Source of the DNA: Acidobacteriota bacterium
Lineage (GTDB): Bacteria; Acidobacteriota; Blastocatellia; RBC074
NCBI GenBank assembly: GCA_037439425.1
Contig: JBBIWA010000010.1
Location: 41,590 to 105,589, forward strand
Length of the DNA stretch: 64,000 bases
Direction of reading: 5' to 3'
Of the stretch, positions 37,714-46,951 are shown in pieces. The notes beneath the pieces were generated by a model that was not told the DNA's origin, did not search any database, and saw only the letters and a list, made by a program, of their open reading frames with translations. How positions within the stretch are numbered: the stretch's first letter is position 1; every line of letters begins with the position of its first letter. A program made the translations under genes and the position numbers.

Positions 37714-39576
37714 TCAGAGAAAATAACGCTCCTTCTTGACGGCCTTCTCGTAGTCGGCGCGCACACGCTGCACGGCAGCAACTTCTGAAACCTCAGCGAT
37801 CGGCACATCCCACCACGATTCATATCCGGGCACGCGCACCTCCTTATCCACTTCCACCACGATCACGCTGGTGCGGTCTTGCTGACGCGCCTCTTGCAGC
37901 GCCCGCTGCAAATCATCGCGCGTGGTAGCGCGCACAGCATACGCACCGAGGCTGGCCGCGTTAGCCACGAAATCCACCGGCAACCACTCCCCGTCTAGTT
38001 GCCCCGTGTCCGGATGGCGATACCGATAGTCGGTGCCAAAACCGCCGGAGCCGACCGCTTGCGACAAACCGCCGATGCTCGAAAAGCCATGGTTGTCCAA
38101 CAGCACGATATTAAGCTTATAGCCTTCCGCAATAGATGTGATGATCTCCTGCGACATCATCAGGTAGGAGCCATCACCGACCAGGACATAGACTTCCCGC
38201 GACGGGTCGGCCATCTTGATCCCTAAGCCGCCCGCAATCTCGTAACCCATGCACGAATAGCCGTATTCCAGGTGATAGCCTTTCGGGTCGCGCGTCCGCC
38301 ACAGCTTATGCAGATCGCCGGGCAGGCTGCCAGCCGCACACACGACCACATCCTGAGGACGAGAGAAGTTGTTAACGATCCCAATGACCTCGCTTTGAGC
38401 TATCGGCGGAGAGTGGCGGAGGTTGAAGAGACGTTCGACTTCTGCTTCCCACTCGGCTTTGTAGCGAGCGATGCGAGCTGCGTAGTCGCTCTCCACGCGA
38501 TAGCCAGCGAGCGCTGCGCTCAGCTCTTCCAACGTCACGCGCGCATCCGCTACGAGCGGCAAAGCAGCATGTTTGTATGCATCAAACTCCGCCACGTTGA
38601 TGTTGATGAAACGCACCGCCGGATTTTGAAAGGCGGTCTTTGACGCCGTCGTAAAATCGCTCAAGCGGGTGCCGATGGCGATCACCAGATCGGCTTGGCG
38701 CGCCATCAGGTTTGCTCCTGGAGTGCCGCTCACGCCGATGGCCCCGAGGTTTTGCGCATGATCGTAAGCAAGTGAGCCTTTGCCGGCTTGCGTCTCGCCC
38801 ACGGCAATGCCCGTCTCTTCGGCCAGCCGCGCCAACGCTTCTGTCGCCTCAGCGTAAATGACGCCGCCGCCGGCGATGATCAATGGAGCTTTCGCGGCGC
38901 GAATCGACTGCGCGGCTCGCTCCAGCAACGCGCGATCCGCCATCGGTCGAGCGATGTGCCAGACACGTTTCTCAAACAATGCTTCTGGATAATCCCAAGC
39001 CTCCGTCTGCACATCCTGCGGCAAGGCGAGTGTCACCGCGCCGGTCTCAGAGGGCGAAGTCAACACTCGCATCGCCTCCATCAAGGCAAACGGAAGTTGA
39101 TCTGCACGATTGATCCGATCCCAGTAGCGGGAAACGGGCTTGAAGCAATCGTTGACTGATATGTCTTGCGTCTGGGTGGATTCGAGCTGTTGCAATACGG
39201 GAGCCACGTTGCGACGGGCAAAGATGTCGCCGGGCAAAAGCAATACCGGCAGGCGATTGATAGTCGCCGTGGCGGCGCCCGTGATCATATTGGTGGCACC
39301 GGGGCCGATGGATGAAGTGCAGACGAAGGTGCGCAATCGGTTGTTCATCTTGGCAAAGGCGGTTGCTGTGTGCACCATCGCCTGTTCATTACGACACAGG
39401 TAGTAACGAAACTCCGGCGTCTGATGCAGTGCCTGCCCGATGCCAGCCACGTTGCCGTGACCGAAGATGCCCCACACGCCAGCGAAGAAAGGCTGCTGGC
39501 GCCCATCGCGCTCTATGTATTGTTGTTTGAGAAAAGTGATCAAGGCTTGCGCCATGGTTAATCGTCTGGTCTTCAC
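37714..39576 (-). CDS. iolD: 3D-(3,5/4)-trihydroxycyclohexane-1,2-dione acylhydrolase
   Basis: RLTMAQAL, GIFGHGNVAG, EYGYSCMGYE, TPP motif GDGS. Confidence 0.96.
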   Translation of the reverse strand: MKTRRLTMAQALITFLKQQYIERDGRQQPFFAGVWGIFGHGNVAGIGQALHQTPEFRYYLCRNEQAMVHTATAFAKMNNRLRTFVCTSSIGPGATNMITGAATATINRLPVLLLPGDIFARRNVAPVLQQLESTQTQDISVNDCFKPVSRYWDRINRADQLPFALMEAMRVLTSPSETGAVTLALPQDVQTEAWDYPEALFEKRVWHIARPMADRALLERAAQSIRAAKAPLIIAGGGVIYAEATEALARLAEETGIAVGETQAGKGSLAYDHAQNLGAIGVSGTPGANLMARQADLVIAIGTRLSDFTTASKTAFQNPAVRFININVAEFDAYKHAALPLVADARVTLEELSAALAGYRVESDYAARIARYKAEWEAEVERLFNLRHSPPIAQSEVIGIVNNFSRPQDVVVCAAGSLPGDLHKLWRTRDPKGYHLEYGYSCMGYEIAGGLGIKMADPSREVYVLVGDGSYLMMSQEIITSIAEGYKLNIVLLDNHGFSSIGGLSQAVGSGGFGTDYRYRHPDTGQLDGEWLPVDFVANAASLGAYAVRATTRDDLQRALQEARQQDRTSVIVVEVDKEVRVPGYESWWDVPIAEVSEVAAVQRVRADYEKAVKKERYFL

Positions 39577-39611
39577 AGTCGCCTCCTATAGCGATCTTCA
39601 GTCGCCTTTGT

Positions 39612-39650
39612 CCTGGGGGCGTACAGCACGCTGGAAGCGTGCGCTCCCAG
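39612..39650. repeat. Collapsed family A copy
   Basis: CCTGGGGGCGTACAGCACGCTGGAAGCGTGCGCTCCCAG. Confidence 0.75.
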
Positions 39651-39817
39651 AATAAGCCCACTCGCAAACCGCTCTAAACGTGACAGTAGCCCGTTAGCAA
39701 GAGTTTGACTGCAAGCACTTCCTCCTAGCACGGTGCCTGACTCACATCATTTTTCGAGAGCAAGTTCAGGAGGTCTGCCACCACCTGGCTACTGAAGCCT
39801 GAGAACTGACCTTAAAA

Positions 39818-39862
39818 CGATGATCGAAGCTCGATGATCGAAGCTCGCGATCTTCGATCATC
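39818..39862. repeat. 14-bp direct repeat with inverted copy
   Basis: CGATGATCGAAGCT x2, then CTTCGATCATC. Confidence 0.65.
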
Positions 39863-39956
39863 TACCTTCAATCTTCGTCTAACTGAGGGGGCTCTTGCTG
39901 AACTTGCGCTTGAGAGCTGCCGGACTCTTATGGGGATCCAGCCCCTCTTTCCTGGC

Positions 39957-40982
39957 TCAACACTCCCACTTCGACTTGATAAGCGAATCCAGCCCCGAAT
40001 CGGTAACCCGTCTCTGCGCCTCCAACACCTGCTCGACTGTCGCACTGAAGTGAATGAGCTGGCCGATCGCCTCAGCGATATAGCAAGGATCAGCCGCACC
40101 AGGATAGAGCACATTGCGCCCCACAAGCGCGCCCCGCACATTCATCGCCGTTCTCATCCCAGCCTCGACCTCACGCATAAATCCTATGGGATCGCCCGTT
40201 GATTCGCCGCCGAGCAGCAGGATGGGCAGCGTTGTGGCACGCGCAACCAGGCCATAGTCTTCGCAATAGGGTAGCTTCAACCACAAATAGCGACTGCTAT
40301 CGCCCAGCGCAGAGGCTACGCCCACGATTTTGGCCAGTGCCTCTGCGGTCTTAACCACCTGGTAACCTTTCTCGGTTTTGACCACGGGCAGCGGTTCCAG
40401 AAAGGTCGGCAATCCCAGCGCATTCATCTCTGTAATCACGCGGGCGGCAGCGACCATCGTCTTGAGCGAAGCCGGCTCGTCATCGCACAGACGCAGGAGC
40501 ACCTTCGCACCATCGAGATTCCAGGCGGCGATGGTGGTCGGAGCTGGCCCGGTCATCGGGTCATCCATCTCCCAACTGCTTCCGGCCAGCCCGCCGCGGT
40601 TGAGGCTCGCAATCAGCAGCTTGTTGTTCAGAATCGCTGGGCCATCGTCTTCACTCAACAAATCGTGCAGCACAAGCAGGTCTTCGAGGATGTCCATCGT
40701 CGCCACCACTCCATCCACGTGCTCGCTGGCCAGCACGCGAAGGATGCGGGAGAGATAATCCTGGCGGTCAGCCATGCCGAGCGGATCGGAGCCGAGTCCG
40801 GTGACGCGCCGCGCTGGATGGTCAGCAGCCAGGATATTGAGCCGACCATCAGGGGTCAGTTTGGCGCGCCGCTGACGCTGCTGGGCTGCTCGCAAGGCGC
40901 GATCCGGATCGCTGACGCGCAGCTCTGTGACATAGGCCAACACCTTGGCTGGTAGAAATTTCTTAGGGTCCCACTCTCTCAT
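39957..40982 (-). CDS. Cgl0159-type (beta/alpha)8 aldolase-like protein
   Basis: LAADHPAR, SLNRGGLAG, WEMDD, WLKLP, LLLGG, VGRNVLYP; adjacent to iolC. Confidence 0.8.
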   Translation of the reverse strand: MREWDPKKFLPAKVLAYVTELRVSDPDRALRAAQQRQRRAKLTPDGRLNILAADHPARRVTGLGSDPLGMADRQDYLSRILRVLASEHVDGVVATMDILEDLLVLHDLLSEDDGPAILNNKLLIASLNRGGLAGSSWEMDDPMTGPAPTTIAAWNLDGAKVLLRLCDDEPASLKTMVAAARVITEMNALGLPTFLEPLPVVKTEKGYQVVKTAEALAKIVGVASALGDSSRYLWLKLPYCEDYGLVARATTLPILLLGGESTGDPIGFMREVEAGMRTAMNVRGALVGRNVLYPGAADPCYIAEAIGQLIHFSATVEQVLEAQRRVTDSGLDSLIKSKWEC

Positions 40983-41996
40983 TTAAAACCCCCCTCTTGC
41001 GGCGATGAATTGAAGCGCTTCGTCTTCATAAGGCATAAAGTTAGCGCAGCCGTGGCGCGTCACCACAATCGCGCCGCAGGCGTTGCCCATACGCGCCGCA
41101 CGATACCAGTCCCAACCTTTGAGATAGCCGTAAATGAAACCGCTGGCGAAAGCATCTCCTGCGCCCAGCACGTTGTAGACCTCGACCGGAAAGGCTGCAG
41201 CCTCGATCATCTCGCCGCTCTGCAAATAGACCGTGGTCTTTTCCGCGCCGCATTTCATCACTAGCGCTTCTGGTCCTGAGGCGAGCACGGTTTCAATTGC
41301 CTGCTGTAGATCACCGCTCACCTGCGCACCTGAAACCTGCGAGTGCTCAAGCCGTACAGCGGCCCGCTCTTTGAGCGCCACGGCTTTGATTTCATCTGCC
41401 GTGCCGATAGCCACATCCACCAAGCGCAGCACTGAACGAAGCGTCACGCCATAGGCGCGCGGGTCGTGCCATTGATCAGGACGAAAATCCAGATCCAGAA
41501 ATACGCTCGTGCCACTGACCCGCGCCTGCTCAGCCGCGAAGATCGTCGCGCTGCGCGAGGGTTCGCGGCTCAGCCCCGTGCCGCTCACCAGCAGCAGGCG
41601 GCTCTCAGCCACGGGCGCAGCCAGCACATCATCAATCGTCAATTCAATGTCAGCGCAGTTGTCACGATAATAGACCAGCGGAAACTTATCCGGTGGCTCG
41701 ATGCCCAGCAGGACGGCACTGGTGCGCCGGCCTGCTTTGCGCGGGATGAAGCTGGTGACTACACCCTCTCGCTCAAGAAAATTGAGAATGAAATCGCCGA
41801 CCGGATCCTGCCCCACAGCAGTGAGCACAGCGGAACGCAAACCCAGGCGCCGCGTCCCAACACTGATGTTGGTAGGACAACCACCGACATAAGCCGCGAA
41901 GCTTTTGATCTCCGTGAAAGGAGCGCCGATCTCATTCGCATACAGATCAATCGAACTGCGACCGGCGGCCAGTACGTCGTAGCTTCGATCACTCAT
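40983..41996 (-). CDS. iolC: 5-dehydro-2-deoxygluconokinase
   Basis: GRSSIDLY, YVGGCPTN, DLDFRP, PfkB motif GAGDAF, RHGC. Confidence 0.93.
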   Translation of the reverse strand: MSDRSYDVLAAGRSSIDLYANEIGAPFTEIKSFAAYVGGCPTNISVGTRRLGLRSAVLTAVGQDPVGDFILNFLEREGVVTSFIPRKAGRRTSAVLLGIEPPDKFPLVYYRDNCADIELTIDDVLAAPVAESRLLLVSGTGLSREPSRSATIFAAEQARVSGTSVFLDLDFRPDQWHDPRAYGVTLRSVLRLVDVAIGTADEIKAVALKERAAVRLEHSQVSGAQVSGDLQQAIETVLASGPEALVMKCGAEKTTVYLQSGEMIEAAAFPVEVYNVLGAGDAFASGFIYGYLKGWDWYRAARMGNACGAIVVTRHGCANFMPYEDEALQFIAARGGF

Positions 41997-42016
41997 CACT
42001 TCCCTCTCATCGCTGG

Positions 42017-42439
42017 CTACTGATCGGCTTCAGCCAGCAGATCTATCTTCGTCGCAGCCCCTTCAAGCGCAACCATCAGAGTTGAGAACTCCCATTTCCC
42101 AGCCGACTTCTCGGCCTCCACGTAGAGGGTCGCCGCCCCCTTGGGCCCGGAAATTGGGATTGCGAGATCAGCCTGCCCTGATAAATCGTTGACCTGAATA
42201 TTCCCACTGACCAGGAACCCTTCTTCGATTGGAGTTCCAAGCACGGCCTGAACCTCTTCGCTCGCCTTGGCTCTGAGCACAGCTTCTTTATACACCTCGG
42301 ACGATTTGATCTTGCTGAAGATGAAAATCAAAAAAAGCGCAAGACCACCAGCGCAAACGAGCAAAGTAGTGAGACATCCTACCGGGACGAACCACTTCCA
42401 GTTACGACTCCACCAGTTTGGTTTCGGAGGCTGATACAT
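42017..42439 (-). CDS. Coa1-family membrane-anchored protein
   Basis: WWSRNWKWFVPVGCL, LGTPI, ADLAIPISGPKG. Confidence 0.75.
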   Translation of the reverse strand: MYQPPKPNWWSRNWKWFVPVGCLTTLLVCAGGLALFLIFIFSKIKSSEVYKEAVLRAKASEEVQAVLGTPIEEGFLVSGNIQVNDLSGQADLAIPISGPKGAATLYVEAEKSAGKWEFSTLMVALEGAATKIDLLAEADQ

Positions 42440-42479
42440 AGAGCAACCTCACGGAAAGCCTAACTGCTCGCCCTATCAA

Positions 42480-42845
42480 TCAGCGCCGATTGTCTATCAG
42501 ATAAAGCCAGCTCCCATCAGGCTGTTGCCGGGCGACTTCTGTGCTCTGGCCGGACATGGTGATGGGGCCGCCATCAGGCCCGGTGCCAGTCAGACTCCAT
42601 TGCGAATGCAGCAACGCGACGTCTTCAGCCTGGATGAGCTTCTTCACTTCCAGATTCATTTTCGGCTTCAGCGCGAGAAAGCCCTCTAGAGCCGCTCGAA
42701 TCGCTTCATGCCCGCTCACTACCTGGCCTGGCTGCGAGACGAGTTTTGCTTCCGGCTCGTAAAGAGCCATGATTGAATTTAGGTCGCCAGAGTTGAACGC
42801 TGCGCAAAAAATTTGACCGATCTCTTCAGGCTTGTGTGCCGCCAT
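42480..42845 (-). CDS. SnoaL/NTF2-like (YybH/DUF4440) protein
   Basis: AFNSGDL, LYEPEA, GHEAIR, RQQPDGSW. Confidence 0.82.
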   Translation of the reverse strand: MAAHKPEEIGQIFCAAFNSGDLNSIMALYEPEAKLVSQPGQVVSGHEAIRAALEGFLALKPKMNLEVKKLIQAEDVALLHSQWSLTGTGPDGGPITMSGQSTEVARQQPDGSWLYLIDNRR

Positions 42846-42898
42846 GCTTTCTCCCTCATTCGATTTGATCTGAATCTGGTTATTGCCTCACCGGCAAG

Positions 42899-43750
42899 TT
42901 AACTCACCAAGGGTAGGCGCGGATCTTTCTCCTTCCAGCTTTCGCGCACCCAGGCATAAGCGGGATCATCTGAGGCCGCCATTGAGCGTGCACTGCCTGC
43001 GAGCGCGTTCAGGTAATAAACGTTATAGCCGTGTGCAGCGACGACCGGATGATAGCCCTCGGGGATCAACACCAGCTCGCCATCGCGCACCGTCAAAGTT
43101 TCATCAATCCGGCCATCAGGCGTGTAGACTTTCTGGATTGCATATCCGGCAGGACGATCAACCTTGTAGTAGTAGATCTCTTCCAGGTCTACTTCGCCCG
43201 GCGGATTGTGAACATCGTGTTTGTGAGGCGGATAGCTCGACCAGTTGCCGCTCGGGGTGTAGACTTCGACCACCATCAAACGATGAGCCGGAAATTCCGG
43301 TTTGAGAAGATGATTGATCTGTCGTGTCGCATTACCGCCGCCACGAATCTCTACTTCAACCTCGTCTGGAGTGATGAGATGTGCTGGATAAGCTTCTTCG
43401 GCGCGGCAAAAACAGAAAGCGATTTCGCAATCGGTTTCGGCTGTGACGGTGAACTGGGTTTGAAGCGGCAAGTAGAGGGCGAAGGGCAGGCCGCTGAAAA
43501 CGTGTGCGCGGCTGCCGAAATTAACCCAGCTCCCGGCCGAAGACTCAACCGAGCAGCGACCGCCCAAAAGCACCATACCCAATTCATTCTCGCCTGTCTC
43601 ACCCAAGTAGCTATCACCCTTGGCAAGCCTCCGCACACGGAAAGTGAGATAGTCAAAGCCCACTGACTCAGGGGTGATCAATTGCGTATCTCCCGATGGT
43701 TCAGCAAGCGGTGCAGGCCGAATCAGTAATCCTTTACGAGGTTGCGACAT
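42899..43750 (-). CDS. iolB: 5-deoxy-glucuronate isomerase
   Basis: GNWSSYPPHKHD, LEEIYY, GYHP; ATG at 43750 (ORF-track extension is repeat sequence). Confidence 0.95.
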   Translation of the reverse strand: MSQPRKGLLIRPAPLAEPSGDTQLITPESVGFDYLTFRVRRLAKGDSYLGETGENELGMVLLGGRCSVESSAGSWVNFGSRAHVFSGLPFALYLPLQTQFTVTAETDCEIAFCFCRAEEAYPAHLITPDEVEVEIRGGGNATRQINHLLKPEFPAHRLMVVEVYTPSGNWSSYPPHKHDVHNPPGEVDLEEIYYYKVDRPAGYAIQKVYTPDGRIDETLTVRDGELVLIPEGYHPVVAAHGYNVYYLNALAGSARSMAASDDPAYAWVRESWKEKDPRLPLVS

Positions 43751-43761
43751 AATTTTGCCTT

Positions 43762-44003
43762 TTGCGGAAAATCCTGGGCAGGCACGCATCCTTGCGTGCT
43801 TGGCTTGGTTAAGCAAGCCATTACCGAAGACCGAGCACGCTCGCAAGCGTGCGTACCTAGGTTTTCATCATTTCTGGGCGTCGTCCGTGACGACATGAAA
43901 GACTCCTCGGAAAATTCTGGGTACGCACGCATCCTTGCGTGCTTGGCTTCGACGAGCGAGCTATCGTCAGAAAGTAGCACGCTCGCAAGCGTGCGCTGCC
44001 AGG
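43762..44003. repeat. Two tandem family A units between the LacI gene and iolB
   Basis: Class I and class II spacers with a full linker containing GTCGTCCGTGACGAC. Confidence 0.92.
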
Positions 44004-44015
44004 CTTTCTCCTCTC

Positions 44016-45023
44016 TCAAGACGCAGGCGCAGCAGTCGACTCTCTGATGATCAATTCGCCATTGACCTTGAGGCTGGTCTTGGTTTGCTCGCCGGAAAAG
44101 AGCTTGAGCAAGATCTGCATCGCCAGGCGTCCCATCTGCCGCATCGGCTGGCGGATGGTGGTCAGTGGCGGATGGGTATAAGAAGCGATGAATAGATCAT
44201 CAAAGCCTACGAGCGAGACCTCCTCAGGCACGCGCAATCGCTGCCTGCGAAGGACGCACAGCGCACCCAGAGCTGACATATCGTTGTAACAAAAGACCGC
44301 CGTGGGTCTTTCAGCCAGCTCAAGCAGCTTCTCCATAGCCTGCGCGCCACCTTCAGCCTTGCCATCGCCGTGCACGATCAGTTCCGGTCTGAAAGGTAGA
44401 TCAGCCAGTTCCAGCGCCTGCCGATAGCCCGTAAACCTCTCGGTGTCGGATTGAAACCCGAACCGATCGCCGAGATAGGCAATCCGCCTGTGACCCAGCT
44501 CGATCAGATGCTCCGTGGCCAGGCGGCCCGCAGCTACGTTGTCTATCATCACTGAGTGCGCAAACTCGCTGGGGTGTTGATTGTTGATGAGCACAATCGG
44601 CACCTGCATTTGCGCTAGTCGCGGCATATAGAGCGCACCGACGCGCGAAGCCAGGACTAAAATTCCATCCACGCGCCGCTCGTGGAAAGAATGCACGACT
44701 TTGATTTCACGCTCCGGATCGGCATTAGAATTGGCCAGCAACACCGAGTAATCGTGATCGTTGGCTACTTCTTCCACACCGCTGACCACCTCAGCGATAA
44801 AAGGGTCAGCAATCGTGGTGACAACGATGCCAATCGTATGCGTCTTGCGCGTGACCAGACTGCGCGCCACGGCGCTGGGACGGTAACCCAGCCGCCGCGC
44901 GATTTGCCGGATCCGGTCTGCCGTCTCGCGGTTGACCAGCGGGCTGCCGCGCAAGGCGCGTGAAACTGTCGCGTGCGAGACATTGGCCGCGCGCGCGATG
45001 TCTTTGATCGATATCTCATTCAT
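44016..45023 (-). CDS. LacI family transcriptional regulator (probable iol repressor)
   Basis: SIKDIARAANVSHATVSRAL HTH, YRPSAVARSL, GFDD, PPLTT. Confidence 0.95.
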   Translation of the reverse strand: MNEISIKDIARAANVSHATVSRALRGSPLVNRETADRIRQIARRLGYRPSAVARSLVTRKTHTIGIVVTTIADPFIAEVVSGVEEVANDHDYSVLLANSNADPEREIKVVHSFHERRVDGILVLASRVGALYMPRLAQMQVPIVLINNQHPSEFAHSVMIDNVAAGRLATEHLIELGHRRIAYLGDRFGFQSDTERFTGYRQALELADLPFRPELIVHGDGKAEGGAQAMEKLLELAERPTAVFCYNDMSALGALCVLRRQRLRVPEEVSLVGFDDLFIASYTHPPLTTIRQPMRQMGRLAMQILLKLFSGEQTKTSLKVNGELIIRESTAAPAS

Positions 45024-45026
45024 CCT

Positions 45027-45040
45027 TGCAAACGTGTGCA
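45027..45040. promoter_or_regulatory. Putative LacI-type operator
   Basis: TGCAAACGTGTGCA, a one-mismatch palindrome with central CG, 3 nt upstream of the LacI ATG. Confidence 0.65.
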
Positions 45041-45126
45041 GCCAAACCGCAAACAGAAAGCAGCACACTGCTGCTTAAAGAGAACTTCCCCCCCCAACAG
45101 CTGTTTGTGGTCTTGCTGAGAGCTAG

Positions 45127-45154
45127 ATCATACTCTGGCTGAGTGATTTGTCAA
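45127..45154 (-). promoter_or_regulatory. Sigma70-type promoter for lacI-iol transcription
   Basis: TTGACA-16 nt-TATGAT on the minus strand. Confidence 0.7.
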
Positions 45155-45235
45155 GCGGCTACCCAAAGCTCAGCCGTGGATGCCCATTCGTCGCTTGCCA
45201 GAAGGCGTAGCGTTTGACGCGCCCGGAAGTAGCGA

Positions 45236-45703
45236 TCATTCCACATAATCATCTAAGATCACAATAGCCACCCCTTCGGTCTTCAGCTTGCGTAGTTGGT
45301 GGTCATTGGTGAGAAAGGCATTCGCTTTCTCTACCAGCGCCGTCGCCACCAGCAGGGCATCTGGCATTCGCAGTCTATATTCTCCCCGCAACCGAGCTGC
45401 CTGTTTGGCAATCTCATAATGTGGTGATAGCAAGATGGTGTTGGGTAAAGATTGAACGAAGTGTTCAAAGACCGCCACCCGATCCAGCTGCCCATCCGCA
45501 AATGGTTTGACCAACAGCTCCGTCACTGAGATCGTGGATAGCACGGCCGTATGTGTTCCTGCACCGATGGCGGCGAAAACCATCTCAGTGAGAACGGCGT
45601 GAGGTTCTATATCTTCGAGGTGATAGATCAGGAGCGAACTATCGAGCCCCACTTTGTCGAACCGCTTGAGGTCTTTGATAAACTTCGCTCGCTTTACTCC
45701 CAC
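45236..45703 (-). CDS. PIN-domain (VapC-like) toxin
   Basis: LDSSLLIY, ISVTELL, LRMPDALLVATA, FLTND; GTG start overlapping the antitoxin stop. Confidence 0.9.
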   Translation of the reverse strand: MGVKRAKFIKDLKRFDKVGLDSSLLIYHLEDIEPHAVLTEMVFAAIGAGTHTAVLSTISVTELLVKPFADGQLDRVAVFEHFVQSLPNTILLSPHYEIAKQAARLRGEYRLRMPDALLVATALVEKANAFLTNDHQLRKLKTEGVAIVILDDYVE

Positions 45704-45939
45704 GACTGACGCTCCTGATCCAAATAGCGGGCCACCTCCTGTTTGGTCCTCCCCCACGTTCCTTTGAGCAGACCTCGCGTTGTCCGGGCATACTGTTCGG
45801 GTCGCGTCAGGATCATCCGCCCTTCCTCAAAAGTGATCAGCAGCTCATCACCAGCCTCCAACCCTAGCGCCTGACGCATCTCCTGAGGGATGACCAATTG
45901 TCCTTTTTGGCTCAGTCTTACTATCTTGGTTATCGTCAT
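45694..45939 (-). CDS. AbrB/MazE/SpoVT family antitoxin
   Basis: LSQKGQLVIPQEMRQALGLEAGD. Confidence 0.92.
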   Translation of the reverse strand: MTITKIVRLSQKGQLVIPQEMRQALGLEAGDELLITFEEGRMILTRPEQYARTTRGLLKGTWGRTKQEVARYLDQERQSWE

Positions 45940-46322
45940 ACTTCTTCCTCCACGGTTTGATTGTATCTATTCCGTCACAACCCAGCAAGCGTCAGGCTTC
46001 GGACCCGGCAATTCTCGGCTACCCACCACCGTAGCCCTCTAAGAGAAGTATCGCTCCCGAGATTGACTGACGAGGGAGACCTTTCCCCCTCACTCCGCGA
46101 GTGAGCGCGGCAGAATCGAGAGCAGGGTTTTGAGAGCTTGCTTCTACGCCTGGGATCGGAATTGCCCACCAGATAAGAACCAGGATCACTGTTGGGCCGC
46201 TTGGTGGCGCGAGCTTATCCCGCAGCAGTGCGCCACTAAAGGCTTGAGCGAGTCGGTTGCCGGCCTTTTGCCCGCTCACCTATTTCCAGGCTTTATGAGC
46301 CAACCGGGAATTGCTGGCTCAC

Positions 46323-46351
46323 TTGACTTTGCCAAAGCAGTTGCATATGTT
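46323..46351 (+). promoter_or_regulatory. Possible sigma70 promoter
   Basis: TTGACT-17 nt-TATGTT upstream of the cytochrome c gene. Confidence 0.45.
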
Positions 46352-46396
46352 GCACTCAATCAGCAATGGCAGCAACCTTCACGGCGGTGAGGCAGG

Positions 46397-46951
46397 ATGA
46401 AAAACAAGGTCAAGCGAAACGAAGCCATCCGAGATCAGACTCAGGGAGATAACTACGCTTTGAACCAGCCCCGCTTGAAGAACTCTTCTCACTGCTGCAA
46501 GCTCGCGCTCCTCATAACCATTATCCTGGGTCTGCCCTGCACAGCTTATCAGTTGCTTCCATCAGCGATGGGCGCGGCGGGCATAGCACTGCAAGAGACC
46601 CAAACAGCCGAGCCGGCCAAATCGGTTTGGGATGGTGTCTATACAGAAGCGCAGGCCGGACGTGGAGAGACACTCTACGGGCGAGAATGTCTGAAATGTC
46701 ACGATAGAAGTGAATTCACTGGCTATCGTTTTATCTCTATCTGGGGTGGGCGCACGGCGTATGACCTGTTTGAGAATCTCCGCACCACCATGCCGCTAGA
46801 CGGTCCTGGCAGGCTGGGCCGTCAGGGATATACTGACGTCATAGCCTATATCTTCAGATGCAACGAATTTCCGACCGGCGAGCTCGAACTCGCCAGCAGC
46901 GCAGAAACTCTCAAACAGATTCGTATCGAACCCAGACCACCTCAGAAATAG
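46397..46951 (+). CDS. Monoheme cytochrome c
   Basis: SVWDGVYTEAQAGRG, CLKCH, TMP axial Met; N-terminal hydrophobic segment. Confidence 0.85.
   Translation: MKNKVKRNEAIRDQTQGDNYALNQPRLKNSSHCCKLALLITIILGLPCTAYQLLPSAMGAAGIALQETQTAEPAKSVWDGVYTEAQAGRGETLYGRECLKCHDRSEFTGYRFISIWGGRTAYDLFENLRTTMPLDGPGRLGRQGYTDVIAYIFRCNEFPTGELELASSAETLKQIRIEPRPPQK

Noticed and set aside
46066-46120. Hammerhead-like CTGACGAG core
   Set aside because: No GAAA after stem II and no closing stems identifiable
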